This document shows positions 1 to 8,856 of a stretch of 64,000 bases of DNA, piece after piece. Positions within the stretch are counted from its first letter, which is position 1. Every line of letters begins with the position of its first letter. Source of the stretch: a virus; IMG/VR virus record IMGVR_UViG_3300037845_000036, positions 1 to 64,000 of that record; one strand, given 5' to 3'. A program made the position numbers and the translations under genes. A model generated the notes under the pieces. It ran no database searches, was not told the origin of the DNA, and saw only the letters and a program-made list of their open reading frames with translations.

Positions 1-394
1 AGCATCGGGCAACTACGGGGCCGCGACAGCATCGGGCAACTCCGGAGCCGCGACAGCATCGGGCTACTCCGGGGCCGCGACAGCATCGGGCTACTCCGGA
101 GCCGCGACAGCATCGGGCAACTACGGGGCCGCGACAGCATCGGGCTACTCCGGAGCCGCGACAGCATCGGGCGACTCCGGAGCCGCGACAGCATCGGGCT
201 ACTACGGGGCCGCGACAGCATCGGGCTACTCCGGTAAAGTACGTGGTGCCAAGGGCTGCGCGCTGTTCCTAGTGTACCGAGATGCAAAGCGCGTGATCAA
301 ACACGCATGGGCAGGTATCGCAGGCCAAGACGGCATTAAGCCCGAGACGTGGTATAGGCTTGACAAGAACGGTAAGCCGCAGGAGTGCTCTTAA
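1..394 (+). CDS. Phage protein with GAATASG(N/Y/D)(S/Y) repeats (DUF7666-like), 5'-partial
   Basis: Frame 2 is open from the window start: ASGNYGAATASGNSGAATASGYS...KVRGAKGCALFLVYRD...AGIAGQDGIKPETWYRLDKNGKPQECS, TAA at 392-394. Not in the ORF track because there is no start codon. Confidence 0.85.
   Translation, partial: ASGNYGAATASGNSGAATASGYSGAATASGYSGAATASGNYGAATASGYSGAATASGDSGAATASGYYGAATASGYSGKVRGAKGCALFLVYRDAKRVIKHAWAGIAGQDGIKPETWYRLDKNGKPQECS
2..235 (+). repeat. 27-bp coding tandem repeat, ~9 copies
   Basis: Unit gcatcgggc(a/t/g)act(a/c)cgg(g/a)gccgcgaca starts at 2, 29, 56 ... 218. Confidence 0.97.
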
Positions 395-407
395 GTACTG
401 TTAATGG
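388..407. repeat. TTAA-N6-TTAA junction site
   Basis: CTC TTAA GTACTG TTAA TGG; contains the stop codon of the upstream gene. Confidence 0.85.
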
Positions 408-507
408 TGGGAAGGGCCTCGGAGCCGCTACCGGCGAACGGCTCGCTGTGTTTGCACTTGGCCCTTGGCAACGTCCCGGAATGCCCCACCACTCGCAAAA
501 AAAAGAT

Positions 508-536
508 TTGACATGTGCGATCTATGTTGATAGAGT
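508..536 (+). promoter_or_regulatory. Sigma70-type promoter
   Basis: TTGACA(508-513)-17 nt-TAGAGT(531-536), A-tract upstream, RBS AGGGAG before ATG 567. Confidence 0.7.
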
Positions 537-566
537 GACCCAGCGTCAGAAAGGGAGTTCAGCTAA

Positions 567-842
567 ATGAATCGCAAAAATCCACTCAACGAAATCAATC
601 GCCCCGAATTTCGCGATGGGTATCGGATGGGATATAGCAACACCCGGTCATCGCAATGCGGTGTTGCAAACCTCATCCCAAAACCTCGTCGCGCCGACAA
701 TCCGCTGTTCTATCGGGGATTCGTTGCCGGTCGTGCGGACGCAGAAGCCGGCGTCACCGATACGATGTATCGGCGATTTGGGCGCGATAAGATTAACGCA
801 GCGGATTGGGAAGATCATGCGCTTTTGCCGACTTGCTCATAA
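567..842 (+). CDS. Hypothetical protein
   Basis: 91-aa ORF with RBS and promoter. Confidence 0.7.
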   Translation: MNRKNPLNEINRPEFRDGYRMGYSNTRSSQCGVANLIPKPRRADNPLFYRGFVAGRADAEAGVTDTMYRRFGRDKINAADWEDHALLPTCS

Positions 843-930
843 AAGTTTGACAACAGCACAGGCGAGCCGCTAGACGCGACTCGCTCATGGTGTTGCCAAA
901 TCGGTACGCCATCAAAACGGGAGAAACACC

Positions 931-1902
931 ATGACCACAAAACACGAGGCCGTTATCGGCAGGTTTGACGCGCTGCGCGTAGACCCGCGCAAGCTGCGGG
1001 TGAAAGATGGCTACAACGTCCGCGACTTGGACGCGGCAGCCAATCGGGTAAGCCTCGATGTTCTGAAAGAGTCGATCCGCGAAAAGGGCGGCGTTATGAC
1101 GCCGCTGCGGGTGCGGGCGGTTGCCGGTGAGACCTATATCGTTGAGGGCCATCGGCGGCACAAAGTCGTTATGGAATTGATCGGCGAGGGAATGGAAATC
1201 GAATCCGTCCCGGCGATTATGGAAGAGCGCTATATCGATGATGCCGAGCGCACGCTGGGCCTTATCCTATCAAATAGCGGCGAGCCGCTATCGGAACCGG
1301 AAAAGGCCGAGGTCGTGCGCAGATTATTCAATATGGGATGGTCGCGCGAGAAGGTGCAAGCGCGCCTCGGCTACAAGACGCCGCAGACAATCGCCAATTT
1401 CGAGCTATGGCTGTCGGCGCCGGCTGAGATCAAGGAAGCGGTGCGCGCGGGCGAAGTCGCCTACTCGACAGCCGTTGAGATCACGCGGAAGTCGGATGGC
1501 GACGAAACCAAGGCAACCGAGACCTTGCAGCAAGCCCGAAAGACCGCGAAGGAAAGCGGTAGGAAGCGCGTAACGGGACGGAGCCTACCAAACGAACCCA
1601 AGCGCGGGAAGCGCTCTGCGGCGGCTGTAGAGACTGCCACGGCGGCAAAGCTGGCGCGCCAGGATGCCGACAAGGGCGCGGCTCCGTCCTATCAGGTCGA
1701 GAAAGCGCTAGCGCTGCTGTCTGAGGCCATGACGGCTAACTACACGCCCGAGGTTGCCGCAAAATCCTATGTGGCTCTGTCGGCCTCGCGGGTAGCCCGC
1801 ATCGCCGAATGGCTCATGGAGTTGGAGGATCATCTGCGGCACAAGGAAGACGACGCGTTCAAACCAACTTCCGGGGGCCTTCCCGCGTCGGCAACGACGT
1901 GA
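931..1902 (+). CDS. ParB/Srx-like N-terminal domain protein with HTH
   Basis: GYNVR...LKESIREKG.VMTPL.V...IVEGHRR ParB box II-like motif, then a helical HTH-like region. Confidence 0.8.
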   Translation: MTTKHEAVIGRFDALRVDPRKLRVKDGYNVRDLDAAANRVSLDVLKESIREKGGVMTPLRVRAVAGETYIVEGHRRHKVVMELIGEGMEIESVPAIMEERYIDDAERTLGLILSNSGEPLSEPEKAEVVRRLFNMGWSREKVQARLGYKTPQTIANFELWLSAPAEIKEAVRAGEVAYSTAVEITRKSDGDETKATETLQQARKTAKESGRKRVTGRSLPNEPKRGKRSAAAVETATAAKLARQDADKGAAPSYQVEKALALLSEAMTANYTPEVAAKSYVALSASRVARIAEWLMELEDHLRHKEDDAFKPTSGGLPASATT

Positions 1903-1998
1903 ACGCATAGCGTTCGGTCCTTGATAGGAGCGCTTTGCCGGTTTCGTGCTAACGGAAGAGAAGCAAACCGGCACCTTTTCTCAGAAAGGGAAAATCAA

Positions 1999-2382
1999 AT
2001 GGCACACCCGCGAACATGTACGATCGAGGTTTACCCGACAGTCAAATTCCGCGTAGCGGGACTGACCGATCTGGAAAGCGAACAGGTGCATTTGCAAATC
2101 ACTTTCCGCTACGTGCCGGGGCGCCCTGCCTACACGCCGCGCGGTGAGTATGCGCCGATCGATCCGCCGGACCCGCCAGAGTGTGATTTCCTATCGGCCA
2201 AGCTACTCGACGGCAACGGGTTGGACCCCGATCAGGGAACCATTGAAGGATGGGCGATGTCGTATCTTGACAGCGACGAAGGCTATTTCGTCGCCTGTCA
2301 GGCCGGCGAGGATGAACCGGATGGGCCAGATCCCGATGAATGGTTAGAACGCAAACGGGATGAACGTCAAGAACGGTTTTGA
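1999..2382 (+). CDS. Hypothetical acidic phage protein
   Basis: RBS and ATG at 1999 (MAHPRTC...), PIDPPDPPE motif. Confidence 0.7.
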   Translation: MAHPRTCTIEVYPTVKFRVAGLTDLESEQVHLQITFRYVPGRPAYTPRGEYAPIDPPDPPECDFLSAKLLDGNGLDPDQGTIEGWAMSYLDSDEGYFVACQAGEDEPDGPDPDEWLERKRDERQERF

Positions 2383-2402
2383 CCTTTAAGGTACAATAAC
2401 GG
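2383..2402. repeat. Junction site, 1 mismatch
   Basis: CCT TTAA GGTACA ATAA CGG fills the gap between stop 2382 and ATG 2405. Confidence 0.75.
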
Positions 2403-2404
2403 CA

Positions 2405-2617
2405 ATGACCTGTAAGAAGTGTCGTTTCCTAGATGTGGCCCCCGATGCTCTTGGCCGGCGTAAACCGCGCCGCGATAAGATGTACCGCTGCACCGCTCCG
2501 GTAGAGGAACCGTCGCTACCACAATCGGTTACGAAGGCTTACGGGTATAAGTGGCCTCCGAGCCGCAAGTTTATGGGACCGGACGACGGAGATGGTTGCC
2601 CGTCCTTTAACAGTTAG
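2405..2617 (+). CDS. Small Cys-rich hypothetical protein
   Basis: MTCKKC...C...GCP pattern typical of phage zinc-binding ORFs. Confidence 0.7.
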   Translation: MTCKKCRFLDVAPDALGRRKPRRDKMYRCTAPVEEPSLPQSVTKAYGYKWPPSRKFMGPDDGDGCPSFNS

Positions 2618-2906
2618 CAAAATTCGGCTGGGGTCTCCAGGAGGTGAGCGGCGGCGTCACCAAATAGCCAGTCCTGCGTATCGGCCCAGCGTGACATTTA
2701 CCCGATAAGGATTGGCATCCGCCGCGTTATCTAGGCCACTTCGGGACTATTCGGTTCGGGTTGCGGAACCACTCGCGGCAAGAGGATGTCTAGTTGCCGA
2801 CGTTCCATAACCGTTAATTGCTCGCCCCGAGCGGATTTCTGGGACAGTTCGTCGGTACGTTGGACATCCGCAAGCGTCCGGTGATCAAAGAACGGGAACG
2901 AACGCC

Positions 2907-3353
2907 TCATGGTATATCCTTCCGTTTCCGTCGCCCGATTGGCGCGCTCGCGGGCCAATCTCCGGGATTACTGAAACCACGCACGATCCGTTCGGTACTT
3001 GGTTTGCTAAAGCGCAGCGGAGCATTCCACGATAGTAATATCTCGTGGACCTGTTCTAACGAACGGGCAATCCCTGTGTGATGCCCGAATGAGCCTGCCA
3101 TATCGCCGAATATCTCTTGGTCGGATGTGAGAACTCCTCGCAAAGATTTCATCTCGATCCATCCGACAAACCGATCGGGGGCGAGAAATAAAAAGTCCCA
3201 AATCCCGCGCTTGACACCCATCCCGTGCAGGATCTTGCCCCGCAGTTCGCCGCCGCCGCCGTGTCCGATGGCGCTGAAGTACCAAGGTGGGCACAATCCC
3301 CAACGCAGCCAATCGGCAACCGTTCGCTGCAGTATTTGTTCGGGATGCCGCAT
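2907..3353 (-). CDS. VRR-NUC domain nuclease
   Basis: E..LQ..V..WL...GVKRGIWD...WIEMKS..G.LT.DQ..F. Confidence 0.85.
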   Translation of the reverse strand: MRHPEQILQRTVADWLRWGLCPPWYFSAIGHGGGGELRGKILHGMGVKRGIWDFLFLAPDRFVGWIEMKSLRGVLTSDQEIFGDMAGSFGHHTGIARSLEQVHEILLSWNAPLRFSKPSTERIVRGFSNPGDWPASAPIGRRKRKDIP

Positions 3354-3878
3354 TTAAGCGATATTCCGATATGTTACACCGCGCCGGATTTGTTGTATGC
3401 ACCGTTTGGTAACTCGATATTTTTTGCCGAGGGCATAATTAGATATTGAACAAGAGCGAATGCACCGTATTTCCTCCGCTGAAAATTTTCTAAGATGTGG
3501 TCGTGCCACATAGCCAGTTGGAAGTCTACCCAAAGCCAATCCAGCGAGATTAAGTCGGCCTTTTTGTTTGGCGTCTTGGCTATTCTCTTTTGGAGTTCCA
3601 ACAGATAAATGTTCTGGATTAACGCATTGGGGATTATCACATTTGTGCAGCGCGTACATGCCATGAGGAACTTCAATGTTCTTCAATAATAACAGAGATA
3701 CGTGCGTAGCTAGTCTAAGTATAGAACGACTTTCTCGTATCTGTCCGTATCCTCTTCTGTCGCAACTCCCAGTCCATAGCCAACAAGTACCCGGAGCGCC
3801 TTTCAAAACATGTTTCCAAAACCGTTGAGAGAGTGGGCGCCAAGTGGGTGTGTTAACTCCATCCAAATCTATTGCCAT
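3354..3878 (-). CDS. HNH homing endonuclease
   Basis: CWLWTG...GYGQI...[27 protein letters not shown] plus C-terminal HTH. Confidence 0.92.
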   Translation of the reverse strand: MAIDLDGVNTPTWRPLSQRFWKHVLKGAPGTCWLWTGSCDRRGYGQIRESRSILRLATHVSLLLLKNIEVPHGMYALHKCDNPQCVNPEHLSVGTPKENSQDAKQKGRLNLAGLALGRLPTGYVARPHLRKFSAEEIRCIRSCSISNYALGKKYRVTKRCIQQIRRGVTYRNIA

Positions 3879-3880
3879 AT

Positions 3881-4225
3881 TTATTTGCCTTTCCCGAACC
3901 GCTCGCGCATCTCGCGGTACGCAATACTAGCGCTTTTAGTCTTCCAAAAGGTCGCGAACTTTGGGGCCTGTAGCTCCGTCATCATGAACTGCAGTTGATC
4001 GGACCAGGCGGGACAAAGTGCTGCGTTAGTGAAACGTATCAAAGCACGGCGCCGAGGCCCGAGCCACTGTAAGAGATATGCCGAGCCATTTGGGCCGCGC
4101 GTTACACATGGTTCAAATCGACTTTCCAAATAAATGTTACGGAGGACGGCATCACGTTGCGGAGGTGCAAAGCCGTGGAGTGTAAGCCAGCCAGATACGA
4201 CTAGACATAGTGCGACGCATGGCAT
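3881..4225 (-). CDS. Small phage tail-type lysozyme-like protein with hydrophobic N-terminus
   Basis: [14 protein letters not shown]...[13 protein letters not shown]...[10 protein letters not shown]. Confidence 0.65.
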   Translation of the reverse strand: MPCVALCLVVSGWLTLHGFAPPQRDAVLRNIYLESRFEPCVTRGPNGSAYLLQWLGPRRRALIRFTNAALCPAWSDQLQFMMTELQAPKFATFWKTKSASIAYREMRERFGKGK

Positions 4226-4255
4226 CCCTCATCCCATTCTAATTGTTGTAGGGGT

Positions 4256-4690
4256 TTAGTCTGGGTTGACGCAACCCGGATGCGGGCGGCAAATCGGCTG
4301 CCCACCCTTGTCAATGTCACTCTGCCGCTCGCCAGCGTAGAGCGCAGTAAGCACATCGTGACAGTATTGGGAGGATTCGACGCAGACCTTTAGCGAGCCG
4401 CCGTCCTTAGTGGGTACAACCAATTCCCAATCGTTATCGCCGGTTCCAGCCGCCGCCGTGGCTAATACTACAAACAGAGCGAGCGCGGGCGCTAGAAACT
4501 TTTTACCTAGCGCGGCCATGCGCCGCGACGGTGTACGCATTTGGAATTTTGGTGGCTTCGAAGAACGTGACGATCGCAAGCAAATGATTTCATTACAAAC
4601 GAAAGTATTTGGCCCTACTAGCCTTCCCTGTCCAACAGCAAGATTGCGCCCACAAGAACCACAAACGCACGGTTCTTGGTTCGCGTTCAT
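4256..4690 (-). CDS. Hypothetical protein (true start uncertain; internal signal/TM segment)
   Basis: ORF abuts the recombinase stop; hydrophobic stretch followed by a Cys-containing domain. Confidence 0.55.
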   Translation of the reverse strand: MNANQEPCVCGSCGRNLAVGQGRLVGPNTFVCNEIICLRSSRSSKPPKFQMRTPSRRMAALGKKFLAPALALFVVLATAAAGTGDNDWELVVPTKDGGSLKVCVESSQYCHDVLTALYAGERQSDIDKGGQPICRPHPGCVNPD

Positions 4691-5559
4691 AGTCCCAATG
4701 TTCTAAGCGCCGGATTTTCTACCGCGCGTTGTGCTTCCACGTATCCGAGAGCTATCGAGACGGTTTTATGTCGGCTAAGAAGCATCACCTCTTCAATTTT
4801 GGCACCGTTGCGAAACATCGTCGTTATGCCGCCTCGGCGGAAACTGTGCGCCCCGATTTTAGTCGGATTGAATCCAATATGAGCCGCCCAGCGTTTGGCG
4901 ATTGTAGCAACCCTCCGCGCAGGCATGCGCGCATCGCCAGAGCGGAAGATCGGCCCGGCGGTGATGTCAGCATGCGACAGCCAGCGCTCTAAAGCCGCGA
5001 TAGGGCAATAGATTGTCGGGCTGCGCAGAATTGGGACCAACTCGCCCTTGCCGCTCTTATCAGTCTTGGAGCGCCGAACGTTAATTGTCATGCTGGCGTC
5101 GTCAATAACCAGGTCATCGCGGTTGAGCGCAACAATTTCGCTGCGGCGCATCATTGATGCGATGGCGAACAGGATTACGGCGCGATCTTGAAGGTTTTCG
5201 GGCGGAATTGCGTCAATGATCTTTTTAACGTCATCGACCATGAGTGCCGCCTTGGGAGTCTTTGCGGTGCCTTTCTGCCGGCGGATCTCCGCCCAAGTGT
5301 CCCGAATGACTGTTTCGTTGACGCGCAACGGCTTGCCTTTGATCTTGTGAACCGCTACCAGCATGGCTATGCGACCCTGCAGGCTTGAAGTAGATACCGT
5401 TGCCGAGCGGTCGGTGAGATAAGCGGCTACACTCGCGGGTTTAGCGGGGAACTGTTGTGCGGAATTGGTGACACACCAATTACACCAATCGCGCCAAAAG
5501 CTTTCGTAAGCCTGTCGAGTTGCGGGCGACCAGCGCCCTCTATCGAATAATTGCTCCAT
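4687..5559 (-). CDS. Tyrosine recombinase, Cre-like
   Basis: SAM-like N-domain (SPATRQAY...W..WC); catalytic motifs RRSEI, SKTD, HSFRRG, LSRH, GY all present. Confidence 0.93.
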   Translation of the reverse strand: MEQLFDRGRWSPATRQAYESFWRDWCNWCVTNSAQQFPAKPASVAAYLTDRSATVSTSSLQGRIAMLVAVHKIKGKPLRVNETVIRDTWAEIRRQKGTAKTPKAALMVDDVKKIIDAIPPENLQDRAVILFAIASMMRRSEIVALNRDDLVIDDASMTINVRRSKTDKSGKGELVPILRSPTIYCPIAALERWLSHADITAGPIFRSGDARMPARRVATIAKRWAAHIGFNPTKIGAHSFRRGGITTMFRNGAKIEEVMLLSRHKTVSIALGYVEAQRAVENPALRTLGL

Positions 5560-5565
5560 AACCCA

Positions 5566-5595
5566 AGGATATCAAAAGCGATATCGTGGCGTCAA
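5566..5595 (-). promoter_or_regulatory. Putative near-leaderless promoter of the recombinase, containing GATATC-N6-GATATC
   Basis: Minus strand TTGACG(5595-5590)-18 nt-TATCCT(5571-5566), 6 nt before ATG; GATATC at 5568-5573 and 5580-5585. Confidence 0.55.
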
Positions 5596-5599
5596 GATA

Positions 5600-6400
5600 T
5601 TAATAGGATTTAATGGCCGCAATCCGTTCGCCGATCCACCGCATGACGGGAACCGCCATGCTGTTGCCAAGCGCTCGGCAGCGTGGTCCATCGGCGGCGG
5701 GTTTGCCACGGTACCTAATCAGTGTGTAATCGTCAGGAAACCCTTGTAGGCGCTCGCACTCACGCGGCGTAAGGCGTCTAACCGCCGTGTTGGCCATAAT
5801 GGCAGTAGTGGTACTTGCCTCGCTTTGGCCCGGCGCCCGTGCCCGCAGTGGTGTATGGCAATTTGTTTCTTTGGCCCCGATAGTCGCCATCGCCCCAGTA
5901 ATGTCATAGGCAATAAGGTTGCCGCATTCACTCCCGGCTGGACCGCCGCTGTACTTTTCCCATTTGCTGACAACACAAGGGAGTTGTCTTTTATCCGGCA
6001 TGCGTTGATTTGCGCTACTCGCTGTCCAAGCGGGAAAGATTATATTTTCGGTTGTGTCTGCGTCGTTGCGGTATCCGCTACCTCCTGTAGAGCCTCCCGC
6101 AATTGGGCGGGCAACTCTTTCTCCCGCGTTTTGGCGCGGCGGAGAATCCCCGCGCAGGCTCTCGCGCTGACGCGGATGATTTGCCCCAATGAACCGGGTG
6201 ATACGGTGCGCATCTAAGTAGTTTTGACAATTGTGGCACTGACAGGGCTGACCCACGGCCCACGTATCGGTACCGCATAAATTTTTAGTAACCAGACAGC
6301 GCCGTTTCGCATCGGTAATTCGTTTGACCATTTTCACGTAGCGGCCAATGTTCCGCCGATACCTCTCCACTAGAGCGGGTCCATCATAATCTTCTTTCAT
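5600..6400 (-). CDS. Chimeric ORF ending in the C-terminal part of a C5-cytosine methyltransferase
   Basis: VRRLTPRECERLQGFPDDYT...ALGNSMAVPVMRWIG (motifs IX/X); no FxGxG or ENV motif upstream. Confidence 0.75.
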   Translation of the reverse strand: MKEDYDGPALVERYRRNIGRYVKMVKRITDAKRRCLVTKNLCGTDTWAVGQPCQCHNCQNYLDAHRITRFIGANHPRQRESLRGDSPPRQNAGERVARPIAGGSTGGSGYRNDADTTENIIFPAWTASSANQRMPDKRQLPCVVSKWEKYSGGPAGSECGNLIAYDITGAMATIGAKETNCHTPLRARAPGQSEASTTTAIMANTAVRRLTPRECERLQGFPDDYTLIRYRGKPAADGPRCRALGNSMAVPVMRWIGERIAAIKSY

Positions 6401-6423
6401 TTTTGTTTTCCCCTATTTTTCCT

Positions 6424-6654
6424 TTAAGTGCAATTAACGGAATCAAAAAAGAAGGCGTCTGGACCACAAAATTGACGAGGCGCATCCCGCATTATTGTTG
6501 GTTCAAGACATTCTCGGTTTCGTTCACAGAGCATCAATGAAAATCTGGTCTCACCCGTTATGTAGTCGGGGAAAGATACTTTAGCACTTGGATGAGTGCA
6601 CATATGCATGTTGTGCCACTCATTATGATGTTTGCAATCCTTACAAGCCCTCAT
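6424..6654 (-). CDS. Cys-rich hypothetical protein
   Basis: CKDCKH...CTHP...CERNR...CGPDA; bounded by junction sites. Confidence 0.8.
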   Translation of the reverse strand: MRACKDCKHHNEWHNMHMCTHPSAKVSFPDYITGETRFSLMLCERNRECLEPTIMRDAPRQFCGPDAFFFDSVNCT

Positions 6655-6682
6655 TTTCTAATTTCTCCGTCGTTAAGGGCGC

Positions 6683-6883
6683 TTAACGGTTATTGTTATA
6701 CCCATCGCCACTTTCAAATTCTCTTACTGCTTGTTCAAAGGCTTCGCCCATGCGAGTGAAGTCATTATGCGCAAAAGCCTCGGCGGCAATTTCACGCATT
6801 CGCCGGACCACCCACATTCCCTTGGGCGTAATCCGCATCGCCTGATCGTCGTCGTCATCCCGCGCCAATTCGTCGTCGCTCAT
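6683..6883 (-). CDS. Hypothetical protein
   Basis: RBS AGGGGG; bounded by junction sites. Confidence 0.75.
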   Translation of the reverse strand: MSDDELARDDDDDQAMRITPKGMWVVRRMREIAAEAFAHNDFTRMGEAFEQAVREFESGDGYNNNR

Positions 6884-6908
6884 AATTCCCCCTGTCCCTT
6901 AAAAGCGA

Positions 6909-7196
6909 TTAACGGTGTTGCGCGGCTTCTTGTTTGGCATTCATCGGTCGCGCGGGTGGGATACGCTTGTGAGCCGACTTAACCGGCGTGACGGTCAATA
7001 AATCGGGCGGTTTCCCACGCGCCGATAAATTGTTGTAGCAATGCACGGCGGTATGATCGGTCGTGCCATAGCGTTTGATGTGGCGCAGCAATGGCGCAAC
7101 CTTGTTGATTCCGCGCTGGCCTCGATTCTTATACGCCTCGCACCACTTCTTATTGCGACCGATTTTGCGACCTTTTTGAGATTTAGCGGCGGGCAT
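6909..7196 (-). CDS. Basic hypothetical protein
   Basis: RBS AAGGAGAG within/after the site; RKIGRNKKWC. Confidence 0.8.
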   Translation of the reverse strand: MPAAKSQKGRKIGRNKKWCEAYKNRGQRGINKVAPLLRHIKRYGTTDHTAVHCYNNLSARGKPPDLLTVTPVKSAHKRIPPARPMNAKQEAAQHR

Positions 7197-7208
7197 AAAG
7201 TCTCTCCT

Positions 7209-7559
7209 TTAACAAGCGTTAACGGTTGCCGCCGCTTTCAAGAACCATTCTTCGATTTCGTCGAAAGATTCCCGAGAGTTGTTATGCGCCGGAACCGCAA
7301 AAAAATGGACACTAGCCGCGTCTGCTAGACGGGCAACCGCTGCCCGCGCTTTATTCATGTCATAGTCTAAGGGGATAGATGCGACGAATTTCCCACCGAG
7401 TGCCTTGACGAGCGCTCCATTTGCGCAAACTCGTCCCTCTCCGTCGATGAGCCTCCCCCGGCACCAGCCATCACGACGCAGGATATCAAGTGCGTCCAAA
7501 ATAATTTTGGTTGTTTCGTCCAACCCCGTTCCGTCGAGTGGCATGGTCTTCCTCTCCAT
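7209..7559 (-). CDS. DUF6197-like protein (paralog of 22699-23052)
   Basis: ILDALDILRRDGWCRG...GRVCANGAL...HNN; true start probably MPLDGT (7544). Confidence 0.8.
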   Translation of the reverse strand: MERKTMPLDGTGLDETTKIILDALDILRRDGWCRGRLIDGEGRVCANGALVKALGGKFVASIPLDYDMNKARAAVARLADAASVHFFAVPAHNNSRESFDEIEEWFLKAAATVNAC

Positions 7560-7768
7560 TAAGAAACATTAACGGCGCGAAGCGTTTCACCCCATCCACC
7601 GCGATCAGCCGCCAACCCAAGCTCTATTAGATATCGAATAGCCGCCGCTCGGGTAGGGGTTGCGGGTTGGCGTAGTCGCCACTCGTCCACGCGAGCTAGG
7701 CGCTCAGCCGAAATCCGCATATCGAAACGCTCGTCTTGCATGGACGGACTATGCCGTACTTTTTTCAT
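7559..7768 (-). CDS. Ribbon-helix-helix (Arc/CopG-like) regulator
   Basis: RFDMRISAE.LARVDEWR..Q...PTRAAAIRYLIELGL. Confidence 0.85.
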   Translation of the reverse strand: MKKVRHSPSMQDERFDMRISAERLARVDEWRLRQPATPTRAAAIRYLIELGLAADRGGWGETLRAVNVS

Positions 7769-7839
7769 TGACGCAAGCGATAAAATATTGCTAGGTTATT
7801 TTTCGTGCCCCCCCCCGTGGGGAGAGAGGGAGAGCGAAA

Positions 7840-8856
7840 ATGTCTACGTGTGAAACCATTTTGATGACGCCGAAGCAGGCAAAGGTGCTCCGTCAAACAG
7901 CAAACTTCGAGTTGCAGCGGCCGTTGTCCGAAAACAATATCATCCGTCTACAAGCGGAAATGGAGGCGGATCGCTTCGTATCGGGAACTCCAATCTATTT
8001 TGCCGTTCTTCCCGACCAGACGCTACTCGCACTCAATGGGAATCATACGCTAGAAGCGTTGGGACGCATTCAGCGTGGGATTGAACTGACGATGATTTAT
8101 CAGAATGTCAAATCTCTAGCGGAGGCAGCGGCAATCTATTCGCGATTCGATCTGCAAAGGATGCGTTCGCAGCGGGATTCTCTGCGAGCACACGGTCAAG
8201 AAGCGATGTTGGCAGATTCCCCAACATGGACCGCTGCATTCGCTGCAGCCGTTGGTCTGATAATGAATAAATTCACAGATACCAGTGAGGGAGGATCGAA
8301 AGATCGCAAATTTGATCTAGTTGAAGTGCAGGTTCGTCGCAGTCGTGATATTCGGTTGCGCCTCATGCAAGATGCCCTTGGCGCTGCAAATCTTTATGCC
8401 GCCGCCATTGGTTCCAATCTACGCGGCAGGCATCTGTTTAAGCGGGCCGCAGTGATGGGCGTGGGTATTGAGATTATGCGTTACCAACCGTCAGCCGGAA
8501 CCGAGTTTTTTTCTACTGCTGCTGCTGACGACGGACTCAAAGCTGGCGATCCGCAGCGCGCCCTATTGCATTATCTAAGGGACCACCATTCAGCGGGCGC
8601 GTCGATGCGTAAACTTCTATCTCGCTCCGTATCTCTAGCGTGGAATGCATTTTTTGAGGGGCGGCGCCTAGGGTTCGTTCGGGCCGGAGACGGAGGGGAA
8701 TTCCGTTTGGCAGGCACCCCATGGAAAGAGGGGTTCGACCCAATTACAGAATATCTGCCGGACCTTCGCTCCGCAGAAAAAAAAGCGAAACCGACGCTAC
8801 GCAAAATTAAAACTGGCCTTGACTCCGATGGGAATGCCGTAGCCATTCATGCCTAA
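7840..8856 (+). CDS. ParB-like (DGQHR-related) domain protein
   Basis: NFELQRPLS...M...F..GTPIYF...LNGNHTL.AL...FD..R.RS..D. Confidence 0.65.
   Translation: MSTCETILMTPKQAKVLRQTANFELQRPLSENNIIRLQAEMEADRFVSGTPIYFAVLPDQTLLALNGNHTLEALGRIQRGIELTMIYQNVKSLAEAAAIYSRFDLQRMRSQRDSLRAHGQEAMLADSPTWTAAFAAAVGLIMNKFTDTSEGGSKDRKFDLVEVQVRRSRDIRLRLMQDALGAANLYAAAIGSNLRGRHLFKRAAVMGVGIEIMRYQPSAGTEFFSTAAADDGLKAGDPQRALLHYLRDHHSAGASMRKLLSRSVSLAWNAFFEGRRLGFVRAGDGGEFRLAGTPWKEGFDPITEYLPDLRSAEKKAKPTLRKIKTGLDSDGNAVAIHA

Larger units (their letters stand above)
5597..7575. repeat. Array of 6 TTAA-N6-TTAA junction sites
   Basis: First TTAA at 5600, 6424, 6673, 6899, 7209, 7559; one gene lies between each pair of sites. 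Confidence 0.95.

Noticed and set aside
2-235. DGR variable repeat or CRISPR
   Set aside because: It is an in-frame 9-aa tandem repeat with no spacers, and no reverse transcriptase or template repeat is present in the window.
405-491. tRNA gene
   Set aside because: It has a CCA-like end but no TTCRA T-loop or proper D/anticodon arms.
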